The position numbers and the translations under genes were made by a program. A stretch of 63,728 bases of DNA, counting the filler, from Perkinsus chesapeaki ATCC PRA-425 (Eukaryota; Protista; Perkinsozoa): NCBI GenBank assembly GCA_013115145.1. It is 7 parts of 7 records of this genome, joined end to end, with 100 filler letters (N's around TTAATTAATTAA, not from the genome) between each part and the next. Parts side by side here need not be neighbours in the genome. Positions count along the whole stretch, not along the records: positions 50,873 to 57,768 come from JAAPAO010001056.1; positions 57,869 to 62,426 come from JAAPAO010001246.1; positions 62,527 to 63,728 come from JAAPAO010002106.1; 4 more parts are not named here. One strand, 5' to 3'. The notes under the pieces are model-generated. The model ran no database searches. It saw nothing but the letters and a program-made list of their open reading frames with translations, and was not told where the DNA came from. This document shows, in pieces, positions 51,512-63,587 of this stretch; positions within the stretch are counted from its first letter, which is position 1, and the number at the start of each line of letters is the position of its first letter.

Positions 51512-52794
51512 TGATAACCGCAGAAACTTGTAGCTTTTTGTCGGCGACAAATTGTCGCCACAGAACGCCTGCAAACCTGTCATAGGCATCCTTGAGACAT
51601 TGAAGTGAGCTGGCAGCGCCATAACCAATGTCGCAGGAGTCCTGTGGCAGGACCCAGCAAAAATGGCCTTAGCCTAACTGTAAGCCAGGTAATAAATCAT
51701 TATGAAGTGCAACACATTAACCTGTGTAAGATATTGGCGGATGGTAAATCGGAGCTCATTAATGCGCTTTTTATGGCGCATATCGTGATGAGGCGCTCAT
51801 CATGAGCGAAGGTCGAACTTCGCCACGCAGAGGAGTATCCCGGAGTATTATTCACTCGCTAATTATCTGAAAGTGGTTTCCATTGCAGATACGCAATGCC
51901 AAGATTTGATGGTCATCCTTCCACTTCAGCAGAATTCCTCAGAATGGTGGTTATTGAGAGTTGTTCTCTACTCCTCATCGATAAGGCTAAACTACTGTTT
52001 AACAAGCTGTATCTGCGAATCGAGCGGCGCCGGCACGAGAGGAAGTTGTCCTCTCAGTTCAGTCAGGCAGTGATGAGCGGAGTTGTTGTTGCTTCAGCAG
52101 CGGCTATGTTGTTCCTTAGTAGTAATAAGATAAGCCACACTGGCGGAGGCTGACATCACACGGAGGCACCGCCCCATGGTGTGTGAATCCGCCCGTCTGT
52201 AAATTTGTTATGTTTGTGACCATTGTTCTCATTCACTAGACTTCTCCATCAGTCAGTAAAAGCTGCAACTATTGCCCGAGACTTTGCGTCTCAGGAGAGC
52301 GAGTCGAAGCCCATGTATTTTTTCCCAATATCTCAAATGTACCTTATTTTACGATACAGATTTTTATCTCAAGCATGCAGTGTGAGTATCTCACTGATTC
52401 TGTCGGTGTAGGCACCGAGTTCTGAAACCCACAATTCTCCAACGTTTAACTCCAAGATGACTTGCGTTGCTTTAACTGACTTTTACAGTGTTTATAGGAT
52501 AAATAATAGCATAGTGATATTCGTAGGATTTACGACAGTAAGCAGCTCTCCTGCGGCAGCTCACCGCCGTCTCGATGCTCTTGCGCAGCTTCCATTGCTT
52601 CCCTTCCATCTATGTCAAGTCCCGAGCTGGAGCTCCATATACCGGCATCAACGCCGTGGGTGAGATCTCTGAGAGACAGTGAAGTGGTAAGCGCGAGTGG
52701 GCTGACCTGGTTGGGAAGTTGCAAATGGTCGAAAATATGGTTTGCTCGCCTGCTACCAGATGCTCGTTGCTAGAGATGTATAACCTCTTCCGAC

Positions 52795-55365
52795 ATGATT
52801 GATCGTGCAGCACAGGTCACAGTTGAAACCAGAGCTGATGGAGAGTTTCTCATCGTCCCACCGAACGTGCCGAAGCGAGTGCTTGTTGGAGACGCCGAGC
52901 CGGACTTACCAATAATCGAGAATTTTATCGGGGGTAATGTGTTGCACTCTAGCTTTGTAGCCAGCATTTCAAAGTCCGTTTATTTCTCACTTGTGTGTTC
53001 GATCCGCAGGTGTTTTCGTAGAAAGTGAAAGCGGTTGGCTCCTGCACAATATCAATCCCGCAACTGGTGAACTGAACGGATATGTCAGGGCGTCAGACTC
53101 TGATGACGCTCAGAGGGCGATTGAGGCTGCCCATATGGCTTATAAAGATGGTAGGGTTCCCAGGCGATATCACCGATGGATCGTTGGCCATTCTTGGTCC
53201 CCACAGCGTGCTGCAGGTCCTTGGCCTCGTATGAGCCGCAACGAACGCGCTTCTGTTCTCGAGGCGATAGCTGATCTGGTCGCGAGGAACAAAGGGAAAC
53301 TCGCGGAACTCGAGACAGCTGATACTGGCAAGCCTCTTTCCATAGTGAGGAGAAAATCTTTTTTTACCAAGCTAGCGACTGTGGCGTGCCATTTAGTCTA
53401 CAAACGTCGACATTTCGAGAGTTGAGGATAACTTCCGCTACTTTGCAGCGAAACTCAGAGTGCAGCAGTCTTCGTCAAGTTCTACAAGGCCAGGTGCCGA
53501 AAAAGATTATCGAAAACCCCTTCCATGAATCTTCCAGATGTTCTTAGCTTCACCAGGAAAAGCCCCGTGGGAGCATGCGTTCTCATAGCCCCCTGGAACC
53601 TACCACTGTATCTGATGACATGGAAGATAGCGCCGTGTAAGGACGCTCTCTGCCACCTCCATCACACTGCTCTGACAGGCATAGCATCCGGCAACACGTG
53701 CGTCTGCAAACCTACTGAGCTCGCCTCGTCCTCGCTTGCTAAGCTCGTCCAGCTAATATCAGCTGATCCTATCATTGGTCCCAAACTCAAGGGAGTTATT
53801 AATGTGGTCAACGGCCGAGGTGCTGGTTTATTGCAGCTGAGGTCTGTTCCCAGTGTGCCGTCCAGGCCAAGACGTGGGCGACATGCTTTGCACTCATCCG
53901 AAAGTCAAGGCTATATCTTTTACTGGGGGCACAGCTACTGGTCGGACGATATCCTCGGTAGGTGCTTTTGTTATGTTGCCGTGGCCAGAAAATCGATACT
54001 TCAGCTCGCCTCTCCGCATCTTAAAAAAGTGTCCCTGGAGCTCGGCGGTAAGAATGCCACAGTAATTTGGAAAGATGCCCCACTTGCAAAAGCACGAATG
54101 ATGCCTACAGTTATTCGCAGCGCCTTCGCGAACTCTGGCCAGGTGAACCTCCCTCTGCCTCGAGCCACGCTCCCTGCCGCCATGCGCTTCGGTCATGGAT
54201 TGCAATGATTGCCACTTATGAGATAAAATGATTTCCTAAGCAGGACCTCGTCCAGCATCATGATAGTCCATGAAGGTCAAAATGCGTTTCGACTGCAGAG
54301 ATACAATAAAAAATAGGTTTCGAGAATACAGAAAAACACCAGGCTTATTTTTCCTAAGAACATTCGATAGTCTTGTACGGTCGCCTGCTACTGAGGCTCT
54401 CCGAATTCTTCAGATATGCTTATGTGGGTCCAGATTCCTCATCCATACCGATATTTACGATGAGTTTAAATCACGCTTAGTCGAGGAAGCATCGAAATTG
54501 AAAGTTGGAGATCCGTTGGATCCTACTACAACAACAGGTGGGGGAGCTTGACGAATCATCAACAGTATGGAATACTACAATTACACTTCCCGTCAGTACT
54601 TCCCCTGTGCCTCTCTAAGTTTGCGTTCGTGCTCCGCCGTCCGTACGTTTTCGGAGCCTTTTTCATCGATTGTGTGAGTGCCTTGAATGCAGCAGTTAGG
54701 TCCAGTTGTTTCCAGAGAGCATGCTTGGAGAGTGCACAACTTTGTTATGTGGGCCCTCAGTGCTTATCCTAAAGCTCGAGCAATTCTCGGAGGCCCTGAG
54801 CATTATGACGGTAAGCGCGGCTGGCGTCCCTCTTCTGGTCTGCCATTGTTTCTCTGCATTTTAGGCTCAGCCTACTACCCCGTTACTATACTCGAAGGCG
54901 TAGCTCATGAATTCGTGGCTGACAAAGTAAGTCAATGCTACCGATCGTTATGGAAGTTACCAGCTTTCCTAGGAATTTTTTGGCCCCGTTGTGTCCTTGC
55001 ATGAATTCTCCACCGAAGCCGAATGTGTGCAGCTAGCGAACGCGACGCCATATGGTCTGGCTGGTTCCATTTGGATTCAAGGTATTCTTCCGAATTGCTT
55101 TTAATCTCAGAAGCAATGAAACTTCCATCAGATTTCGCTGTCGCCCACCGTTTAGCTCGGGACATCGACAGCGGAATGCTGTGGGTGAACACTTGGATGG
55201 AACGAGACTTGAACACTCCTTTCGGTGGCGTCAAGCAGAGGTAAGTGCTGACTAGTTCTGATATTGCCATGCTCCCTTTCACTCAGTGGAGTTGGCCGCG
55301 AAGGAGGAGATTACTCGATGAGCTTTTATACGGTTGATAAAGATGTTACCATGGATATTTCCTAG
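52795..55365 (+). CDS. Aldehyde dehydrogenase, ALDH8A1/2-aminomuconate-semialdehyde dehydrogenase-like, about 12 or more exons
   Basis: INPATGE, PWNLPLYLMTWKIAP, CKPTE, ISFTGGTATG, SLELGGKN, NSGQ|ICLCGSR, YGLAGSIW, RDLNTPFGGVKQ|SGVGREGG. Confidence 0.93.
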
Positions 55366-57869
55366 ATCTCGCACTGCACCAGCATTGCCTGCGTAGTCAT
55401 GATTTTTTTCTGAACGTTTCATTTGGATGATACCCATTATGCGTTCGTCAATCAAACACAATCGGCCACCACAGTCGATGGAGAAAGTAGCTCGCCCTTT
55501 AATATCGCTTCGCAACGAAGACGCGAATCTTATCAGCAGCGATATGCCAGGCAATATCTTCGTTGAAAAGATATAAATTTTGATCTTCCGCGCCCTCGAC
55601 TCCAATCAACTCCGAGTGGTATTGGCCGAGTCATACCTACGTAACACGAACTGTGTTTATCCGTGTTCCCTCTACTGTAAGCTTGGTGAAAACATCCGCT
55701 TGACGCCACCCAGTTAATAGAGACGCTCAGCCTGAGGGCTTCGGGAGGCTCCCCATGAATACTTGGCCCCTCGTACAACCTTTGGCAATCGCATGAGTAT
55801 TCGATTTACCAATCATTACGGTCATTTCACTGGTCGAGTTTAGCGGCGGTGTGTGGCATGGAAGTTCTCTACAGAAGTCACCGACTGGGCCCGTTTCGGG
55901 AACATGCTGAGAGTCTCGTTGTATCTAAAGGCCAGCGTATCCTCTTTCTCCGCTCTGTGTATGTTGCGCTCGCTTACTCGTTAATTATCGAATAGTCCTA
56001 TTAGTACCAAATGTCACCCACTGATCTTCACGCGATGTGGAAGACGAGGCGGCAGAAGGTACACATGCGATGTTGCATTTTACATAAATATTATTCACCA
56101 CTGCAGGGGAGGCAATACTCCATTGAAGTTGACGACAGGGTTGATGAGGGCAATGATGAAACCCTCGAGTTCGAATCCTCGTCGGGAGCCGGAGATAAGT
56201 ATTCAGAGGGAGATGACGACTCAGCCTTTGACGGGCAGGTTGGTCTAGGATGGGTAAGTTTGGAGCTAATCTGTAGGCCACTTTATGGGATGTGGTTCAT
56301 GAATCCGTTGATCACTGTTGTCGTACTATACAAAACAGCGATTATTGCTTCAGGCGAGAAAGGCTTCCAGAGAGAATCCAACCGAGCCTGAGCTGACAGA
56401 AGGGCTGCTGAAAGTAACAGTGCTTTGCTTTGACAAGCACCCCTGAATTAAACTCCATCAGGCGCCATTTTTCGATATAAGGAGATTCAAAAAGATTCAA
56501 AAAATAGCTCATGTCCAAGCAGACGTGTCCCGATGTGTAAGTGATCTCTTCCGCGAAATATGGTATGTCCCGTCTCTGGCCAGGTCCTTTGCCGAGCGAT
56601 GCTATTGAGTTACGAAATGAACGACACTGCGAGCGTGAGCGAAAAGCCTATACAGGAGTCTGAATTGTGTCGCCTTCACGAGATGCATTATGTAAGAAAG
56701 ACCCGTTCTTATTGCGTGCTTTAACTCATTGGCGACGCCTAGTTGACGTTTACATCCACGCAGCGGCAACGTTGCTTCTATAGTACACTGATTCTCTGGG
56801 TTTATGGCCTATGTAACAAAGTACCTAAGGCATGCGATCCGAGTAGAACCTGTACCTGGTTTACCCCGCCTCTACATTCACGTAGGTAATTCACGTAATT
56901 CTGTATTCACGTAGGTGCGTTTTTATCTGTACAAGCTTATACTAGCGAGTAGCTCATCAGCCGGGGTAAGGGTTTTTGAGACGTCCACCTTAGAGGTCAC
57001 TTTCAGGATCAAAAGAAGCTCAAGAAGACTCGGAAGAAAGTCGCGGATCGTCTGGAAGCGCTTGAGCTGCCACTAGTCGCCGTGAGCGTGGCGTAAGTCT
57101 TTACCATAATCTGTCTCTTTCGCTCTCTGGTGCGCATTAGTTACTGTCTCAGATACGTAGAAGGAATATCAGCCAATGCGAGGCGGTACCACAAGAGTAT
57201 CGAGCAGAATCTCCTTCGCACTCAACTAGCAAAGGTAGGGCCACTTTTCACCAGCGCAGCGCGGCCGACAGAATATCAAGGCGAGTATTTCCATGACAGG
57301 TTCGATCGGCATATAGACGTACCGTGGCTCTCGACTTTGGTGCAGTGGTTCGGCCTCGTTCCGCGCCGCCGGCTCGAGGGAGGCAACCTCCTCCAAAGTA
57401 AACTTTTCTTGGTAGAGAGCAACGTACCCTACCCGCAGGCCGCCACAAGAATCCCGATTCGCCGAGTGGCACGGGTCCGCGGAACTCGTTAAACAGCGAA
57501 AGGTCCGCGAGGCTCTGAAACGGAGTAGCGAGGCTCACGTAAGATTGAACATCGCAGCCGTTCGCATGGCTATGCCAGGCACTATGGGTGCGGACAGCCA
57601 TAGAAGCCGACGACCTCGAGGAGAAGGAACGGGTCGGGTGGTTCGAGCGCTCGCAGCAGCGTAAGGAGAGACGAGAGCGCAGCCTCGAGCGGGTCAAAGC
57701 CAGTGAGACTCCGATGGCGCTAGGGAGTCCAGTACACTTTAGTTTTAGGAGTTGCCGACGGCCGATGCNNNNNNNNNNNNNNNNNNNNNNNNNNNNNNNN
57801 NNNNNNNNNNNNTTAATTAATTAANNNNNNNNNNNNNNNNNNNNNNNNNNNNNNNNNNNNNNNNNNNNA

Positions 57870-57926
57870 CTCACCACACCACCACCCCCCCACACCCCCC
57901 CCCCCCCCCCCCACCCCCCCACACCC

Positions 57927-57961
<35 letters not shown>

Positions 57962-57992
57962 CCCCGCGGGGGGGGGGGGGGGGGGGGGGGGG
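57870..57992. repeat. Poly-C/poly-G low-complexity tract at contig start
   Basis: Long C then G homopolymers next to a gap. Confidence 0.8.
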
Positions 57993-58369
57993 CGGTGCTC
58001 GCCCCCACGCTGCCTCTCTGACAGGTATGAGTGCTGTGGGTTTTGGGGACAGTAATATACCCTTAGCGATGTAGGTCCGCCCCCACCTTGCCCCCCACTG
58101 TCAAGTACCCAGCTACGCCACTGGTACGAATCAGAACTTAATAATGTAGATAAGCAGCACGTAACGGAGATGTATGGTGATGACTATATATATGTTTATA
58201 GTTATATAGATCAGTTCATGACAACTGCCTCAAGCCGCACCAGCGATACCCCTATACTCACTTCAATCAGCAGCAGCAGCCTGATCGAAGGGGACAGGCT
58301 GCTGCCACACAAGAAGGAGAAGAGTTATATTAATATGTAAATTAATCCATACCGCTCCCTCCGCTATTA

Positions 58370-58950
58370 CCCTGCCATTCTGGTGTAATGCCTCAACCAT
58401 CGGAGTCACATCTCTAACCCAACTACGTCTCATCCTTCTCTCATAGTTAACCTGTTCCTCCTTTTCCACCACCTTCCCTAAACCACCGATGCCCCCCCAA
58501 ACATGCCCCTTCTCTATTTACGTATTTCCTGCTTCACTTTTTTATTTTCCACCACTACGAACGTCCACGGTTGCAAATGCGCTCCGCTCGGCGCCGTGCA
58601 CGCAGTTTTCACCGCCGTCATGACCAGACCAAGAGGGACCTTCTCGTCCGAGTAGAATCTTATCGATCTGCAAGACCCATTTTATGACCCATCGGAAGTC
58701 CGTCGAATACCTTCTTCTATCCATCACTTGGAAAAACTCCTCCGCGTTTTGCTGCATCTCAGCAAGGTTAAGACGGTCGTGCCTGGCAGGCAACTCTGGA
58801 TTCCCCCGAAGACCTTTCCCATAATAGCGCATAGGAAGGTATTAGGTCGAATGTCGCATAGAGAGCATTACCCTGTATATATTGCTTCATCAATGACGTC
58901 ATGCCCAGTACACTATACATAAGTATCGAGCCTAGTTTCACAGGAATCAC
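58370..58950 (-). CDS. IYD: Iodotyrosine deiodinase-like nitroreductase; C-terminal half not found
   Basis: EMQQNAEEFFQVMDRR|RSIRFYSDEKVP...TACTAPSGAHLQPWTFVVV...VEKEEQVNYERRMRRSWVRDVTP. Confidence 0.85.
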
Positions 58951-59149
58951 ACGGCAAAACTGCCCGAAGTGTCATTGGGATTTCACCCCACGGAGCTGGC
59001 AATTGTAAGGTTCGCTATTAAAGTCTTCATATATCTTAGGAGCAGATAACGAACGTGCATTCTAGTTAGAATCATTAACTGTCCTCGATATAAAAATTAA
59101 ACCGGAGTACCAGCCTAATGACCAATGCTTCTTACTTATATATTTCCTG

Positions 59150-60760
59150 TCCCTTCAGCGCCTCTTCTTCCACCAGATGGTTATCAGGATCAGCCATCAA
59201 CGAGCTTGTTCGACTTCTATCTTTCCTGCCCGTGCCTGACCTAACTTTACCCTACTCCTCTTTAAACTATTACAATATACATATCCTGTCACTCCAACAG
59301 CAGCGGCGATGCCCAAACAGACAGCCGCCTTGGTGGTGGTGAGGTGAAGATAGTCTTGGGGCATCGTATAAAACAGAGAGGGAAATACCAAATCAAATTC
59401 AACACTTTCTCGACCTTCCCATTCCCCATGACAACAGCAACAATGAAGTGGACATTACAAAAACGCGAGAATGTCGCTGTTTCCAAGTTCACTAGAGAAT
59501 GACTTGGTGCTTGAAATATAAAGACCAAACTTTTCAACTGCCGTTCATATTAACCATAATTTTCTCACAGAACTCCCCAAAGATGCATATACTCTTAAAA
59601 TACAGCACGGCCTTGATTATCGAAAAAGAATGCCAGGCGGGATCCCAATGCCACTGTTGGTCTCCAGATTTATAGGATTCCCCATCTCCAGACAAGTCCC
59701 TGGCGGTACTAACACAACACCATAATCTGTATCAGGCACTCTGACAAGCTTCATGGTAGTAGTCATACCGTATTCTCATATTTCCCGATCCAATTCCTCC
59801 ATAACCCTCCTCATCCGCCCTTCCAGTCTCCTTAAGACCATATCCATTCCTTCTATTTGCAAAGTCATTTCATTTTCATAATTCTTCCATCTATCAGCAT
59901 GCTACCAACACACTTAAATAAAAGGGAGCCCACAGGCCTACGTGAGCATCATGCTCGTCACAAAGGCGCTTCACGTCCCCATCAAACCCCTCCAACTGCG
60001 TCGATCTATCTTTGTCACTAATGAACTTATGGCCCTACCATGCGTTCTTGAATCCTGTTAAGATCCTCTTTGGCATCGGCCATCATGCCTTTCGATACCT
60101 CAGTAATTTCCTCTACTTGGTAAACTGTACTTTTCAATGTTTCCTAAATCAGCATATCCCTCAGAGTAATGAAGATCGTGATACCAATGAAATCAGAAAT
60201 CTTATGAAATGAAATAAAAAAAGGAAAAAATGAACAACTAATAAAAAATGAAATCTTCACAGTAACATCCTACATCATACCAGAGACCTTTTCTGGTAGC
60301 TTCCCGCTAGTGCTTCCAAACAACCTTGGCGTTTTCCTCTAGCATATTTCGTTATTCTTCGCAAAATTCCCGATGATACTCTCGCCCTAGTGCGTAGGAA
60401 ATATCATCAGGGAGATACAAAACGCTAATGATGCATCCTATCTAGATTGCCACTGGCTAACGCTATTATTAACCATTATAATTCTTACTACCTCAGTTCT
60501 AGTAATATCTCCATAGGCCTCTCTAAGAAGCTCCTCAAGCCCCTCCACAGCCGCCAATAACGTCCTATTTTCCATATATCAGACCAAATATTACCGCGAC
60601 TCAAACACCGGAAAAAGCAACTCTCAGAAACTTAATTATCGTAAAGTCTCAGGATGCCATTCTTTATTTTCCTTCCACTCCTCCTCGCCATTTCCACTAT
60701 AAACTTCCTTTTTCCAAACTGGTACCTCCGCCTTGAGGAGATCTATAGCTTCAGATACGA
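59150..60760 (-). CDS. Hypothetical multi-exon coiled-coil/membrane gene, possibly degenerate
   Basis: Scattered exon-like segments ([26 protein letters not shown]; [14 protein letters not shown]); model unresolved. Confidence 0.25.
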
Positions 60761-61124
60761 AATCCTAAACCTATGTATTGAGAGCAGGGAGTGGTATTAA
60801 TAATAAAATGTAACAATGCACAATAAACTGCTGCCTTTGTAGGCTATTAACCGAATGAATAATAATATATCTTATATTATATAAAGTTAATAATATGGTG
60901 TGTATTCCACGCCTTCTATTGCCCTATATAAATATTGAAGAACGGGCTTGTATTGAATTTATATTCAATATTAATAGCTGGTCACGAGCCTCTAATGTGA
61001 TTGTCGTATCAACTTAATAGACTAATCATCTCTGATAATCATATTACATTTATTATTATTTTTTTATTTTGGATTGATGGTATTCGGTTTTCTAGAATTA
61101 AGCCTATAACTGAGCATGATATTT

Positions 61125-62171
61125 TCACTCTCTATAAATAAGAGAATCTGCTTTAGATTCTATACCCATTACTTCCACTAGATATAATGACTTATCGCCC
61201 AGTATGTAATATACCCTATAGAGCCCCTTAACCCGCTTATCCCCTATTACTATAGCCTCCCTTCTATGCACCCCAGCCGCTGCTATTATTATACTAGCCT
61301 CACCAACATTAACTCTACCAAGTGTGTGTGATATATATACTGATAATATAGCATACTTCAAAGATAGACGATTAACTACCTAATAAGACAATTGCAACCA
61401 AAGACGCAGTGAGGACTGTTGCATCAAGCCATTAACTGTGTCCAGTTGGCTACGGTTAAAGAGCTTAGAATCAATTCAACTTGGACGATTAAAGACACTA
61501 CAATATTCTGCATTGTCACTGAGAATTTCCAGTGTAGGAGGAAGCTGATGTCGAATGGCCCGGACATCATCCACTAGATATTTCCCCCTCCCTAATGGGA
61601 GCGATTGAAAAATGGACAAACGTTTTAAGATGTACGTGAAAACCCTCTATTGTGTCATCCATCCTTCCCCCAAGTCTGAGATAACTTTCAAAAAGAATAC
61701 CACATTATATGCCGATGATATTTTCACAAAGTTATGTTTTTGAGTGGAACGCACTGCACAGTGAGACGTGTCATAATTACGAATAAGTAGATACTACCAT
61801 TCCAAAGTTAGTCACCAAGCTTGCCTTCCTTCGCATTACCTCGAGCATCTTCTTTTCCGCCATGGTGACATGTGCTTCGTAAATTAAATGATCCTAAAAG
61901 TTACATTGATATCGACTTGAATACGATTATACACCCCACAGTGAGGCACTCTACTAATCTCTCAATGACTAATTTATTTTTAAGTCCACCAATACTTTTT
62001 AATACCTACCACTTCGCCATCCTGGTGAGCATCCTTTCTGGTAACACCAATAAACGTGCTTATCCCACCAGCTCTACCCTCACTGGCTTTGTTAATGAAA
62101 TCAATGGCTTCAGTGATATCTATAGGGCTGCTAGTAAGAGATACATGGACCCCGTTCGCTGGTAATGACAT
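61125..62171 (-). CDS. MOCS2: Molybdopterin synthase catalytic subunit MoaE/MOCS2B-like; C-terminus divergent
   Basis: SLTSSPIDI...GGISTFIGVTR; YEAHVTMAEKKM; ISHTLGRVNVGEASIIIAAAGVHRREAI; canonical PIWKKE not seen. Confidence 0.8.
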
Positions 62172-62597
62172 AAATTAAATAAACTAAAGACGCAGCCAGT
62201 CATAAATTTCCCAAAGAGCGTTAGGTCTCTATAAGCCTTCCTCCTTAGATAGCCAGTATGTAACTACCCCTTACTAGAGAGAATAATTAATAATAAATCT
62301 TATCAGTCACTAGAGGTAGAGCGTCAATGTATAATTCGGTATATACCGTAATGGATTGCGTCACCTTTGGACAACCCCTAGTTGGACACAAAAGTGTTTA
62401 AGCAGCTTTCGACAAGGGAAGATGGCNNNNNNNNNNNNNNNNNNNNNNNNNNNNNNNNNNNNNNNNNNNNTTAATTAATTAANNNNNNNNNNNNNNNNNN
62501 NNNNNNNNNNNNNNNNNNNNNNNNNNTAGTAGGGTACTGTGACGCGTTTTGCTATCTGCAGGACATCCGCCTGGTCAACAGCACGAAGTGTGTGGTT

Positions 62598-62669
62598 CGT
62601 TCTATGGTGTAACGGTTAGCACTCCAGACTCTAAATCTGGCTATCTTGGTTCAAATCCCGGTAGAACCT
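62598..62669 (+). pseudogene. tRNA-Gln-derived copy with CUA anticodon (62631-62633)
   Basis: CCAGA CTCTAAA TCTGG; first acceptor pair lost and T-stem altered. Confidence 0.75.
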
Positions 62670-62750
62670 TGTAAATATTAGTAGGGTGATGTTACGCGTT
62701 TTACCATGCGCAGGACACTTAACAAATTAGCAGCACAGTACACAGGCTTC

Positions 62751-62822
62751 GGTTCTAGAGTGTAACGGTTAGCACTCCCGACTTTGAATCTGGCAATCTG
62801 GGTTTGAATCCCGGTAGAATCT
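62751..62822 (+). pseudogene. tRNA-Gln(UUG), degenerate
   Basis: Full length; T-loop TTTGAAT; stem mismatches. Confidence 0.75.
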
Positions 62823-62903
62823 TGCACCGAGTAGTAGGGTAATGTGGCGCGTTTTGCCATGTATAGGACATCTGCCTGGTCAACAGCACGTAATATGTGG
62901 TTC

Positions 62904-62975
62904 GGTTCTATGGTGTAACGGTTAGCACTCCAGACTCTGAATCTGTCGATCTGGATTCTAATCCCGGTAGAACTT
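62904..62975 (+). pseudogene. tRNA-Gln(CUG), degenerate
   Basis: Full length; T-arm GGATTCTAAT. Confidence 0.75.
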
Positions 62976-63132
62976 CGTGCCCACTAGTAGAGTACTGTTA
63001 GCACTCCAGACTTTGAATTTGACAATCCGGGTTCAAATCCCGGTAGAACCTTGTACATATTAGTAGGGTGATGTTACGCGTTTTGCTATGTGCAGGACAC
63101 CCGCCTGGTCAACAGAGCAAAGTGTGTGGTTC

Positions 63133-63204
63133 GGTTCTGTAGTGTAACGGTTAGCACTCCAGACTTTGAATCCGGCGATCTGGGTTCAGTTCCCGGTAGA
63201 ACCT
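63133..63204 (+). tRNA. tRNA-Gln(UUG), variant
   Basis: Full length; T-loop TTCAGTT; one anticodon-stem mismatch. Confidence 0.65.
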
Positions 63205-63286
63205 TATACATATTAGTAAGGTAGAGTAGACGCGTTTTGCTGTGTGCAGAACATCCGCCTGGTCGACAGCAAGATGTGTGTGGTTC

Positions 63287-63358
63287 GGCTCTATGTTGTA
63301 ACGGTTAGCACTCCAAACTCTGAATCTGGCGATCTGGGTTCAAATCCCGATAGAACCT
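63287..63358 (+). tRNA. tRNA-Gln(CUG), variant
   Basis: Full length; canonical T-loop; acceptor, D- and anticodon-stem substitutions. Confidence 0.65.
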
Positions 63359-63515
63359 TGTACATATTAGTAAGGCACTGTTAGCACTCCAGACTCTGAA
63401 TCTGGCGATCTGGGTTCAAATCCCGGTAGAACCTTGTACATATTAGTAGGGTGCTGTGATGCGTTTTGCTATCTGCAGGACATCCGCCTGGTCAACAGCA
63501 CGAAGTATGTGGTTC

Positions 63516-63587
63516 GGTTCTATGGTGTAACGGATAGCACTCCAGACTCTGAATCTGGCGATCTGGGTTTAAATCCCGGTAGAACCT
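63516..63587 (+). tRNA. tRNA-Gln(CUG), variant
   Basis: Full length; T-loop TTTAAAT (C56>T). Confidence 0.65.

Noticed and set aside
57870-57992. G-quadruplex or telomere-like tract
   Set aside because: Homopolymer run at a contig edge, likely low-quality sequence
62598-62669. Genome-wide UAG=Gln genetic code
   Set aside because: Conserved genes here terminate at TAG at the expected position
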